A stretch of 63,142 nucleotides of DNA, counting the filler, from Octopus bimaculoides (lineage: Eukaryota), in NCBI RefSeq assembly GCF_001194135.2. It is 7 parts of 7 records of this genome, joined end to end, with 100 filler letters (N's around TTAATTAATTAA, not from the genome) between each part and the next. Parts side by side here need not be neighbours in the genome. Positions count along the whole stretch, not along the records: positions 1 to 8,788 come from NC_068981.1; positions 8,889 to 22,303 come from NC_068982.1; 5 more parts are not named here. The stretch is one strand, 5' to 3'. The translations under genes and the position numbers were made by a program. Shown here piece after piece: positions 1-11,849 of the stretch; positions within the stretch are counted from its first letter, which is position 1; the number at the start of each line of letters is the position of its first letter. A model generated the notes under the pieces. It worked only from the letters and a program-made list of their open reading frames with translations. It was not told the DNA's origin and made no database searches.

Positions 1-225
1 TAAACGCTGGTTTGCGGCTTTCTTGTATTTTTATATTTATTTATTTTCTCATTTTTGTCAAATGGTGGCAAATCTCTTATCAGGATGGAGTATTTTATAG
101 GGATTCGCCTCTGTCAAACATAATTAGGGGGACGTTTTAAAGGAAGAATCACCGTAAAAAAGTAGCCATGTCTGTAGATGATTAAACACTTTGAAGTCTC
201 CAGAACTGAAGAATTGTTTCCCACT

Positions 226-238
226 CTCCCTTGCTCAT

Positions 239-276
<38 letters not shown>

Positions 277-370
277 TCTCTCTGTTTCTCTCTTCCTCTC
301 TCCCTTTCTCTCCCTGTTTCTCTCTTCCTCTCTCTCTCCCTGTTTCTCTCTTCCTCTCTCTCTTTCTTTC
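226..370. repeat. (CT)n-rich microsatellite
   Basis: Direct reading; it generates the low-complexity SLSLSL ORFs. Confidence 0.95.
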
Positions 371-392
371 ACATACACTTTTCCCCTTAATC

Positions 393-600
393 TTTTATTT
401 GTTTATCATTAGACTGTGGCCATGCTGGGGTACCGCCTTGAAGAATATTAGTCGGACAAATCCAACTCAGTACTTTTTCTTTTTAAAGCTTGGTACTAAT
501 TCTATCGATTTCTTTTACCGACTCGCTAGGTTACGAGGACGAAAACACACCAATACTGTTGTCAAGCAATGGTGGCGATCAAACACAGACACACGCACAG
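393..600 (-). mobile_element. SINE family A, 3' half, diverged
   Basis: Similar to the reverse complement of the 3' half of the full copy at 31630-32043 (cattagactgtggccatgctgg ... ttgtcaagc). Confidence 0.8.
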
Positions 601-611
601 ATATATATATG

Positions 612-664
<53 letters not shown>

Positions 665-1433
665 NNNNNNNNNNNNNNNNNNNNNNNNNNNNNNNNNNNN
701 NNNNNNNNNNNNNNNNNNNNNNNNNNNNNNNNNNNNNNNNNNNNNNNNNNNNNNNNNNNNNNNNNNNNNNNNNNNNNNNNNNNNNNNNNNNNNNNNNNNN
801 NNNNNNNNNNNNNNNNNNNNNNNNNNNNNNNNNNNNNNNNNNNNNNNNNNNNNNNNNNNNNNNNNNNNNNNNNNNNNNNNNNNNNNNNNNNNNNNNNNNN
901 NNNNNNNNNNNNNNNNNNNNNNNNNNNNNNNNNNNNNNNNNNNNNNNNNNNNNNNNNNNNNNNNNNNNNNNNNNNNNNNNNNNNNNNNNNNNNNNNNNNN
1001 NNNNNNNNNNNNNNNNNNNNNNNNNNNNNNNNNNNNNNNNNNNNNNNNNNNNNNNNNNNNNNNNNNNNNNNNNNNNNNNNNNNNNNNNNNNNNNNNNNNN
1101 NNNNNNNNNNNNNNNNNNNNNNNNNNNNNNNNNNNNNNNNNNNNNNNNNNNNNNNNNNNNNNNNNNNNNNNNNNNNNNNNNNNNNNNNNNNNNNNNNNNN
1201 NNNNNNNNNNNNNNNNNNNNNNNNNNNNNNNNNNNNNNNNNNNNNNNNNNNNNNNNNNNNNNNNNNNNNNNNNNNNNNNNNNNNNNNNNNNNNNNNNNNN
1301 NNNNNNNNNNNNNNNNNNNNNNNNNNNNNNNNNNNNNNNNNNNNNNNNNNNNNNNNNNNNNNNNNNNNNNNNNNNNNNNNNNNNNNNNNNNNNNNNNNNN
1401 NNNNNNNNNNNNNNNNNNNNNNNNNNNNNNNNN

Positions 1434-1471
<38 letters not shown>

Positions 1472-1693
1472 TCACACACGTACAGATCTATACACACACA
1501 CACGTATAAGCCTATGTATATCTACATACAACATACTTACACATACCTTCATCCATGCACAAATACATACGTACGTATTCATAAACATACATATACATAC
1601 TTACATACGCATACAAATGTACACGTATCCAGCCATACATACATACATACATACATACATACATACATACATGCATACATACATACATACATA

Positions 1694-2034
1694 AATGTTA
1701 GCATAAAGCAGAAGAACAGAGAAAAAGAGAAGACCTATGCTAAACTATTAAGAAATCTACAGTTACTCTATCCAGATTGCAAGTTCGGGTTTATACCTGT
1801 AATTATTGGGGCCCTGAAATATGTAACATACTGCCTAAATACCAATCTTGAGAAATTAGGCTTCTCAAAACCAAAAAAGGAGAAAGCTGATTCAAAGACT
1901 ACAGATCCAATCCATCATTGGAACTGTAAAAATCTGTAAAACTTTCCAGAAGTTTATCATTTAGATATGTATGAGCCTGTCTAGATATGTAGCTATATGC
2001 AGGAGAAGACATTCAGAAAGGAAAGCATACAAAT
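1694..2034 (+). mobile_element. R4/Dong-like (restriction-like endonuclease) non-LTR retrotransposon, 3' fragment
   Basis: Translation EKEKTYAKLLRNLQLLYPDCKFGFIPVIIGALKYV..LEKLGF, then after a frameshift IQSIIGTVKICKTFQKF, resembles the C-terminus of RLE-type ORFs (K..KY..L...L......IPVIIGALG). Flanked by (TACA)n on both sides. Confidence 0.75.
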
Positions 2035-2059
2035 CTGCACACATACATACATACGTACA

Positions 2060-2091
<32 letters not shown>

Positions 2092-2161
2092 ATACATACA
2101 GGGTGGTTGTCTACTCCTTATGCAGATTTTGACCACCTCCTGTACCCACACCTTAGAACCA

Positions 2162-2470
2162 TCATGGCATCTGATGGCTTTTTAAACCAGACAATATTCT
2201 GAAAAGACACCCACATGGATTGCATATCCGTTTCGGACCACCGAGAGCTGCAGATAAGTTCTGATCTTTGTGGATCTTAAAATGTCTTTTCAAGCTTCCA
2301 TTAGGTTTGCAGACCTTCTGGCATACATTACATTGAAAGGTGTGCACAGACATAGAGGCAGAATAGTTGGTGGAGGTTCGTTTTCCATGGGTTCACAAAT
2401 GAGATTTGAGCCCAGCAAAAGAAAGGCATGGCCTGTCACATACATACATACAAAAATGCCCTGTTGATGT
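2162..2470 (-). mobile_element. Decayed RTE-type LINE C-terminal C2H2 zinc-finger region (three fingers)
   Basis: Minus strand reads CDRPCLSFAGLKSHL*TH ... CNVCQKVCKPNGSLKRHFKIH ... CNPCGCLFRILSGLKSHQ. The middle finger is a perfect C-x2-C-x12-H-x3-H, and the GLxSH signature is typical of RTE ORF ends. Confidence 0.6.
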
Positions 2471-2754
2471 TGTTTAAATTCCAATGAAGGAGCCTTGAAT
2501 CTAGGTTAGAAACCGGTTCTTTCTCACTTGGCAAGAAATCTTGAAATGAAACTGAATGAGATCCTTCCATCCATCCATACAAACATACATACATATATAC
2601 ATACACACACACTTCATCTATCCATCCATACAATCATACATACAGACAGACAGATATACACATATACGTACACACATCTATCCATCCATCTACCCATGCA
2701 TACAGATAGACAGACAGATATACACATATACATACACCTATCCATCAATCCACC

Positions 2755-2797
<43 letters not shown>

Positions 2798-2807
2798 NNN
2801 NNNNNNN

Positions 2808-2852
<45 letters not shown>

Positions 2853-3198
2853 GCATTGTCTAGTGTTACACTCTCTTGCATTCCCTTCTCTGCGGTCAAA
2901 CAACTAACTCTGATACAGTTGTCGTGTTCTGGCCATTTCACGTAAAAATTCCTTCCACTGAAACATGACAATAAATCTTATCACTACTTCACAATCCAGA
3001 CAGATCGTTGACAGGGGCAGCCCCTAGGGACTTCATCTTTGACCAGCAACAGTCGGGGATATAAGTATAAGAGGAAACAAATTTTTCTGTCCTACTTTAT
3101 TCTCTCTATCTTGTATTTGCTTCGTAAGATTCCTAATGGGAACTCATGTGTTCGTCCCCTCTTTGTAATGCCTTTATGGCAAATATTTATGAAATAAA

Positions 3199-3461
3199 GT
3201 AGTTTGCTTACCAACCACATGGTTCCGGGTTCAATCCCACTGCGTGGCTCTTGGGCAAGTGTCTTCTGCTATAGCCTCGGGCCGACCAAAGCCTTGTGAG
3301 TGGATTTGGTAGACGGAAACTGAAAGAAGCCCGTCGTATATATGTATGTGTGTGCGTGTGTATGTTTGTGTGTCTGTGTTTGCCCCCCCCCCACCACCAA
3401 CATTGCTTGGCAGCTGATGGTGTGTGTTTACGTCCCCGTAACTAAGTACTAGGCTTACAAA
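3199..3461 (+). mobile_element. SINE family A, runs into gap
   Basis: B-box-like GGTTCAATCC, then the core ttgggcaagtgtcttc..ggaaactgaaagaagcccgtcg and the internal (TA)(TG) tract. Confidence 0.9.
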
Positions 3462-4604
3462 NNNNNNNNNNNNNNNNNNNNNNNNNNNNNNNNNNNNNNN
3501 NNNNNNNNNNNNNNNNNNNNNNNNNNNNNNNNNNNNNNNNNNNNNNNNNNNNNNNNNNNNNNNNNNNNNNNNNNNNNNNNNNNNNNNNNNNNNNNNNNNN
3601 NNNNNNNNNNNNNNNNNNNNNNNNNNNNNNNNNNNNNNNNNNNNNNNNNNNNNNNNNNNNNNNNNNNNNNNNNNNNNNNNNNNNNNNNNNNNNNNNNNNN
3701 NNNNNNNNNNNNNNNNNNNNNNNNNNNNNNNNNNNNNNNNNNNNNNNNNNNNNNNNNNNNNNNNNNNNNNNNNNNNNNNNNNNNNNNNNNNNNAGAATAT
3801 TTCAAAATAAAAAATTAAGGGTTGAGTTAGATTTTGTAGGGTGTTAGGGTTACCGCGGAGTGGGGCAAAGCCCACGTATTTATTTATTTATGTATTTATT
3901 TATTATTTGTTTGTTTTTCTCTTTCAACCAGAACAAGAATAACTTGACCTCCTCAGCACGGGTCTTCGGCATCGTGCCGTCGTCTTCGAAATATTCGCCA
4001 TTGATGGAACGGTAGAGAAGAGAAAAATTGGCAAAGATAAGAAAGAGAAGAGAAAACAAAACAAAATAAAACTTTGGAAAAAAAAGAAGTAATCAGAAAA
4101 AAAGTAAAAAAAATGGTAGCAGTGAAGCGTTACAGCCTTGACGTTCCACAACCATTGACCATGAAGGATATGCTAAATAGAGGTCATGGCAACAGGGTTT
4201 CACACACATACACACGTACGCACACACACACACACAAACATATAAACACACTCATACAGATATATGTGTTATATAAATATATATATATATATACATATAT
4301 ATACATTTATATATAATACATACACATGCACACACACACACACACGCACACACACACACATATATATATATATATACATACAAACAGACACGCATATATA
4401 TGTCGTATTTTTTTGATTGATGTAAATTCTTTTTGCTTACACACACACACACACACGTGCAAATACAAACACACGCGCACACTCACATTCACACGTACAT
4501 ATGTATACATGCGTACGCGCGCGCACTGAGCAGTCTTCTGAATCCCGTAGAAAACCTTTTAGCTTCTACTCACAAACATACCTCTTCACGTACACACAAA
4601 ACGC

Positions 4605-4714
4605 AATGGCGTAGCTGAGTGGTATGAAGACACTTCGGTGTCTTCCACTATAGCCTCGGGCCGACCGTAACCTTGTCAGTGGAATTGGTAGACGGAAACT
4701 GAAAGAAACCCAAC

Positions 4715-4715
<1 letters not shown>
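4605..4715 (+). mobile_element. SINE family A, internally deleted 5' part
   Basis: tatagcctcgggccgacc...tggtagacggaaactgaaagaa matches the other copies. Confidence 0.8.
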
Positions 4716-4758
<43 letters not shown>

Positions 4759-5035
4759 NNNNNNNNNNNNNNNNNNNNNNNNNNNNNNNNNNNNNNNNNN
4801 NNNNNNNNNNNNNNNNNNNNNNNNNNNNNNNNNNNNNNNNNNNNNNNNNNNNNNNNNNNNNNNNNNNNNNNNNNNNNNNNNNNNNNNNNNNNNNNNNNNN
4901 NNNNNNNNNNNNNNNNNNNNNNNNNNNNNNNNNNNNNNNNNNNNNNNNNNNNNNNNNNNNNNNNNNNNNNNNNNNNNNNNNNNNNNNNNNNNNNNNNNNN
5001 NNNNNNNNNNNNNNNNNNNNNNNNNNGTTCATTCA

Positions 5036-5362
5036 CAATATCCTGCGACGAATAACGAAATGCTTAGCGGTATTTTGTCTGTCTTTACGTTCTGAGTTCA
5101 AATTCAGCCGAGGTTGACTTTGCCTTTCATCCTTTCGGGAATCGATAAATTAAGTACCAGATACGCACTGAGGCCGATATAATCGACTTAATCCCTTTGT
5201 CTGTCCTTGTTTGTCCCCTCTATGTTTAGCCCCTTGTGGGCAATAAAGAAATAAGAATCGTTAGCACGCCGGGCGAAATGCTTAGCGGTATTTCGTCTTT
5301 CTTTACGTTCTGAGTTCAAATTCCGCCGAGGTCAACTTTGCCTTTCATCCTTTCGGGGTCGA
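5036..5362 (+). mobile_element. SINE family B, two tandem copies
   Basis: Repeated gaaatgcttagcggtattt..ttacgttctgagttcaaatt..gccgaggt..ctttgcctttcatcctttcggg; B-box GAGTTCAAATTCC. Confidence 0.9.
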
Positions 5363-6986
5363 TGGTAGTGGTGGTGCTGGTGGATGTGGTGGTGCTGGTA
5401 GCAGCGATGGCATTTATAGAAGTAGCACTGATTGAGGTTTAGGTTTCTCTCAACCAATGAGGGAATCCTAAAGCTGATATCTTGCAGTGCTAGAAACATC
5501 AGCCAAATCTCCCTCATAGCCCACATTTCTGTCATCAGAAAGGAAGGATTCAATAGGTAATACAAACGTAGATAAATTCATGCACTATGGATTCCTGTAG
5601 TTGTTGTTGTTGCTTATTCCCACGTCAACAAAATTAGCCCTGATCCGGCAGGCCTATAAACAATACTTTCCTGCCGTGACCATCATGTCATCTAAGGTTA
5701 TGTCGGATTAGATTTAACATCGAATGCGTCCTGCCTTTATTCTTTAAGAAAGTAGTGCACGATTTTATGCAGACATAACTGCTACCTCTAGCACACTGAT
5801 CAACCACGGAGAGCCCTTCCCCTCGTTGGCCCGTGTCGGTTCCCAAATGGTAAACCTGCAGCTTTTTCAGGGGTGTTTTTATTGTTGACACCAAATATTA
5901 AGGGTCGTTTATTATTATTTCTGCCTCACAAAACATCAAAATGGTGGTAGTGGTGGTGGTGCTGGTGCTGGTGGTGCTGGTGCTGGTGCTGGTGGTGGTG
6001 GTGGTGGTGGTGGNNNNNNNNNNNNNNNNNNNNNNNNNNNNNNNNNNNNNNNNNNNNNNNNNNNNNNNNNNNNNNNNNNNNNNNNNNNNNNNNNNNNNNN
6101 NNNNNNNNNNNNNNNNNNNNNNNNNNNNNNNNNNNNNNNNNNNNNNNNNNNNNNNNNNNNNNNNNNNNNNNNNNNNNNNNNNNNNNNNNNNNNNNNNNNN
6201 NNNNNNNNNNNNNNNNNNNNNNNNNNNNNNNNNNNNNNNNNNNNNNNNNNNNNNNNNNNNNNNNNNNNNNNNNNNNNNNNNNNNNNNNNNNNNNNNNNNN
6301 NNNNNNNNNNNNNNNNNNNNNNNNNNNNNNNNNNNNNNNNNNNNNNNNNNNNNNNNNNNNNNNNNNNNNNNNNNNNNNNNNNNNNNNNNNNNNNNNNNNN
6401 NNNNNNNNNNNNNNNNNNNNNNNNNNNNNNNNNNNNNNNNNNNNNNNNNNNNNNNNNNNNNNNNNNNNNNNNNNNNNNNNNNNNNNNNNNNNNNNNNNNN
6501 NNNNNNNNNNNNNNNNNNNNNNNNNNNNNNNNNNNNNNNNNNNNNNNNNNNNNNNNNNNNNNNNNNNNNNNNNNNNNNNNNNNNNNNNNNNNNNNNNNNN
6601 NNNNNNNNNNNNNNNNNNNNNNNNNNNNNNNNNNNNNNNNNNNNNNNNNNNNNNNNNNNNNNNNNNNNNNNNNNNNNNNNNNNNNNNNNNNNNNNNNNNN
6701 NNNNNNNNNNNNNNNNNNNNNNNNNNNNNNNNNNNNNNNNNNNNNNNNNNNNNNNNNNNNNNNNNNNNNNNNNNNNNNNNNNNNNNNNNNNNNNNNNNNN
6801 NNNNNNNNNNNNNNNNNNNNNNNNNNNNNNNNNNNNNNNNNNNNNNNNNNNNNNNNNNNNNNNNNNNNNNNNNNNNNNNNNNNNNNNNNNNNNNNNNNNN
6901 NNNNNNNNNNNNNNNNNNNNNNNNNNNNNNNNNNNNNNNNNNNNNNNNNNNNNNNNNNNNNNNNNNNNNNNNNNNNNNNNNNNNNN

Positions 6987-7042
<56 letters not shown>

Positions 7043-7657
7043 TCAGAAGCAGCAGCAGCAATGTCTCTGAATGAACGAAGTACATAGAGGCGTAGCAAAG
7101 AAATTTTTCTTTACAAAACCAACAAAAAAAAAAACCCAATAACATCTACACCACCAATAAACAAAAACAACAACAACAACAACAACGATAACGAACCCCG
7201 GCGCGAACACCAACCGGCAGATTGCGGGTAAGAAGTCGTTGCAACAGAAGCGGTGTTTTGATATCAAATTCAATGTTTGTTTTTCTTTTTCATTTACCCT
7301 CAAAAAGCTCATAATTCACAATTAAATGGCGGTCGTCCATAGAAAAGTAAGTTTCGAGACGATTCCGCTGTTTTCCTTTTAAGTTCTTCGCTAATGGTAT
7401 TTACAGGTCATTCCAAAGTGTCGACAGCAGAGGCCACTCTTGTGTGGTCCGAGTCTCCCTCGCTCTCTCTCTCTCTCACTCTCCCTCTCCTTCCTCTATC
7501 TTTATGTTTCTCTGCACTATATGCGTGTGTATGAGTGTGTATATACACACACACATATACATATACATATACGTATATATACATATGCACATATGTATAT
7601 ATACATATATATACATACATATGTATATATATATATATATGCGTATGTCTATCTATC

Positions 7658-7691
<34 letters not shown>

Positions 7692-8757
7692 NNNNNNNNN
7701 NNNNNNNNNNNNNNNNNNNNNNNNNNNNNNNNNNNNNNNNNNNNNNNNNNNNNNNNNNNNNNNNNNNNNNNNNNNNNNNNNNNNNNNNNNNTATTTCTGT
7801 TTGTTTGCGTGTGTATTCATTAATATAGGTCATGTTGTGATTGTTGTTGCGATTGGTGGTGGCGGAGGCGGTGGCGGCGGTGGTGCTGGTGGTGTTCGTT
7901 GCTGCTGTTGCTGCTGCTGCTGCTGCTGTCGTTGTTGTTGTTAGCGTGATGACAACTCGAAACTTATGACATGTGTTGACATAACGACCACAGAAAATGA
8001 ATTTTCCTGATAATCTCAACATTAGAAACGTGAAACAGTGTTGCCGTCCAAAATATGTGACCAGAATAAATTATATAACCCCCACCTCCATTAACTCATC
8101 TACTACCACTCCTTTTATTTCCTTAATCTCTTCTTTCTTTATTTTCCTTCTATCGACATTCTTCTTTCCTTCCTTCTTTCTTTCTTCCTTTCTTCCTTCC
8201 TTCCTTTCTTTCTTTCCTCACACGTATGCAACATCTGTCTTTTTCAACTTGGCTTTCTATTTATCTCAATGTCTCTCTATGCATACCATACATACATACA
8301 TACATACATACATCCATACACACACACATACATACACGCATACATACATACATGCATACATACATAAATACATACATACATACATACATGCATACATAAA
8401 TACATACATATATGCATACATACATACATACATACATACATACATACATACATACAAGCATGCATACATATATGCATGCATGCATACATACACACACACA
8501 TGCCTATGAATACGTGCATATGTCTACGTGTGTGTGTGTGTGTGTGCGTGTGTGTATGTATGTATGCATCTATGTATCTATGTATACGCGTGTGTGAGTG
8601 TGTGGTATAGTGTGTGTGTGTGTGGTGTAGAGCGCTATTTAATTAGAAATTCTGTTATTATGTTTGCGTATATGTGTGTGTATGGATGTATGTCTGTATC
8701 TCTCTATCTCTCTATTTATCTATCTATACGTGTATGTATGTATGCATACATGTATGC

Positions 8758-8788
<31 letters not shown>

Positions 8789-8939
8789 NNNNNNNNNNNN
8801 NNNNNNNNNNNNNNNNNNNNNNNNNNNNNNNNTTAATTAATTAANNNNNNNNNNNNNNNNNNNNNNNNNNNNNNNNNNNNNNNNNNNNTCTGTCGCTAAC
8901 TGGCTACCATTGTTGCTTCCACTCTCATACCTCCATCAC

Positions 8940-8972
8940 CCCCTCCACTAATGCTACCGCTGTTACCGTTAT

Positions 8973-9024
<52 letters not shown>

Positions 9025-9460
9025 GCTGCTACTGCTGCTGCTACTACTACTACTCCTCCTCCTACTACTACTAGAACTACTACCGCCGCTGCCACCACTA
9101 CGACTACCACCACCATCGCCACCACTATCATCACCGTTACTACCTTCACTACTACCACCCTATCGCCACCACTGCCACAACAGTTATCATCACCACCATT
9201 ACTATCATCAAAACACCACTACCACCATCACCACCAGCACCACCACCCACCACTGCCACCACCACAACCATTGCCAGCACTACCACTATCACCTCCAGCA
9301 TGACTACCGTCGCCATCACCGCTATCATATCAACACTAGCATCAACATAACCGTCTACTATTATAGGCACCTTCAGTTTTTAGATTGTTCGTTTTTTTAT
9401 TATTATTTCGTTGCATATAAGCACCGACGTTGTTGATGCTGATGACGATGGTGATGATAA
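8940..9460. repeat. Compound trinucleotide low-complexity tract ((CTA)n, (CAC)n, (CAT)n)
   Basis: Direct reading. Confidence 0.9.
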
Positions 9461-11771
9461 TGTTGATGGTCCAATAACTAATTGTATTTCGTTAAATGAC
9501 AAACTACTTTCACATCTTCCCATGAGAAGTTGATATCCTGACCAGAAATACTATAAAAAACAAAACCACCCCCTAAAACAAAAGAAATGTCTATTATTCT
9601 ATTTATTTTACAAATATCTAATTGCTTTCACCAAAATAACCACCTAGTTTATTTTTTGTTACATTATCAGCATTCAAATCGACTGTAAGAAGATGAAAGA
9701 TCAAGTTACGGTAAAATTGTGGATATAATGTTGTTTTATCACGAAGACAAAGCCATTAAACTTGTTTTCTCGAATGTAGTCTTTGAAACGAGAATCTAGT
9801 ATGTGTGGCTCTCAGGAAATAGCCATCGACTAGACTGTTTGGTTACAGATGGGACTTGACGTAGTACTAGATAGATGGATATACTCTCTGTTTGTGTCTG
9901 TATATATATNNNNNNNNNNNNNNNNNNNNNNNNNNNNNNNNNNNNNNNNNNNNNNNNNNNNNNNNNNNNNNNNNNNNNNNNNNNNNNNNNNNNNNNNNNN
10001 NNNNNNNNNNNNNNNNNNNNNNNNNNNNNNNNNNNNNNNNNNNNNNNNNNNNNNNNNNNNNNNNNNNNNNNNNNNNNNNNNNNNNNNNNNNNNNNNNNNN
10101 NNNNNNNNNNNNNNNNNNNNNNNNNNNNNNNNNNNNNNNNNNNNNNNNNNNNNNNNNNNNNNNNNNNNNNNNNNNNNNNNNNNNNNNNNNNNNNNNNNNN
10201 NNNNNNNNNNNNNNNNNNNNNNNNNNNNNNNNNNNNNNNNNNNNNNNNNNNNNNNNNNNNNNNNNNNNNNNNNNNNNNNNNNNNNNNNNNNNNNNNNNNN
10301 NNNNNNNNNNNNNNNNNNNNNNNNNNNNNNNNNNNNNNNNNNNNNNNNNNNNNNNNNNNNNNNNNNNNNNNNNNNNNNNNNNNNNNNNNNNNNNNNNNNN
10401 NNNNNNNNNNNNNNNNNNNNNNNNNNNNNNNNNNNNNNNNNNNNNNNNNNNNNNNNNNNNNNNNNNNNNNNNNNNNNNNNNNNNNNNNNNNNNNNNNNNN
10501 NNNNNNNNNNNNNNGAATAAATATAACAGCAGAAAAAATACATTCGGTTTAAAAACACAAACCGTTCATGGCGAAAAAATTTCACAATTACAAAAAACCG
10601 AACAAAATTTTTAAAGTTTTAGCAAAAAGAACGCTATTACCTACATACAGGCATCCGTGTGTGCGCCCGTACACACACGCATACACGTTGAAGCGCGCAC
10701 ACACGTTCATGCGCGCACACACGTGCACGCTCACATGCATATGTANNNNNNNNNNATATGTACATATATGTATGTATATGTATGTATATGTGTGTATATA
10801 TATATATGCATGCGTATGTGTATATATGTGTGTGTGTGTGATGTTTTGTATGTGTGTGTATATATGTATATATATATATATATATATATANNNNNNNNNN
10901 NNNNNNNNNNNNNNNNNNNNNNNNNNNNNNNNNNNNNNNNNNNNNNNNNNNNNNNNNNNNNNNNNNNNNNNNNNNNNNNNNNNNNNNNNNNNNNNNNNNN
11001 NNNNNNNNNNNNNNNNNNNNNNNNNNNNNNNNNNNNNNNNNNNNNNNNNNNNNNNNNNNNNNNNNNNNNNNNNNNNNNNNNNNNNNNNNNNNNNNNNNNN
11101 NNNNNNNNNNNNNNNNNNNNNNNNNNNNNNNNNNNNNNNNNNNNNNNNNNNNNNNNNNNNNNNNNNNNNNNNNNNNNNNNNNNNNNNNNNNNNNNNNNNN
11201 NNNNNNNNNNNNNNNNNNNNNNNNNNNNNNNNNNNNNNNNNNNNNNNNNNNNNNNNNNNNNNNNNNNNNNNNNNNNNNNNNNNNNNNNNNNNNNNNNNNN
11301 NNNNNNNNNNNNNNNNNNNNNNNNNNNNNNNNNNNNNNNNNNNNNNNNNNNNNNNNNNNNNNNNNNNNNNNNNNNNNNNNNNNNNNNNNNNNNNNNNNNN
11401 NNNNNNNNNNNNNNNNNNNNNNNNNNNNNNNNNNNNNNNNNNNNNNNNNNNNNNNNNNNNNNNNNNNNNNNNNNNNNNNNNNNNNNNNNNNNNNNNNNNN
11501 NNNNNNNNNNNNNNNNNNNNNNNNNNNNNNNNNNNNNNNNNNNNNNNNNNNNNNNNNNNNNNNNNNNNNNNNNNNNNNNNNNNNNNNNNNNNNNNNNNNN
11601 NNNNNNNNNNNNNNNNNNNNNNNNNNNNNNNNNNNNNNNNNNNNNNNNNNNNNNNNNNNNNNNNNNNNNNNNNNNNNNNNNNNNNNNNNNNNNNNNNNNN
11701 NNNNNNNNNNNNNNNNNNNNNNNNNNNNNNNNNNNNNNNNNNNNNNNNNNNNNNNNNNNNNNNNNNNNNNN

Positions 11772-11823
<52 letters not shown>

Positions 11824-11849
11824 TGTATGTATACGTACATTTGATGCTC

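Noticed and set aside
8789-8888. TTAATTAATTAA islands inside N runs (also at 22348, 39502, 42679, 49790, 60797), which look like a conserved repeated motif
   Set aside because: Where I counted (8789-8888, 22304-22403) the layout is exactly 44 N + 12 nt + 44 N = 100 bp, and the 12-mer has stops in all six frames: an artificial scaffolding spacer.
8925-9436. Poly-Leu/Thr/His/Val ORFs resembling mucins or signal peptides
   Set aside because: Compound trinucleotide repeats that are open in several frames on both strands.
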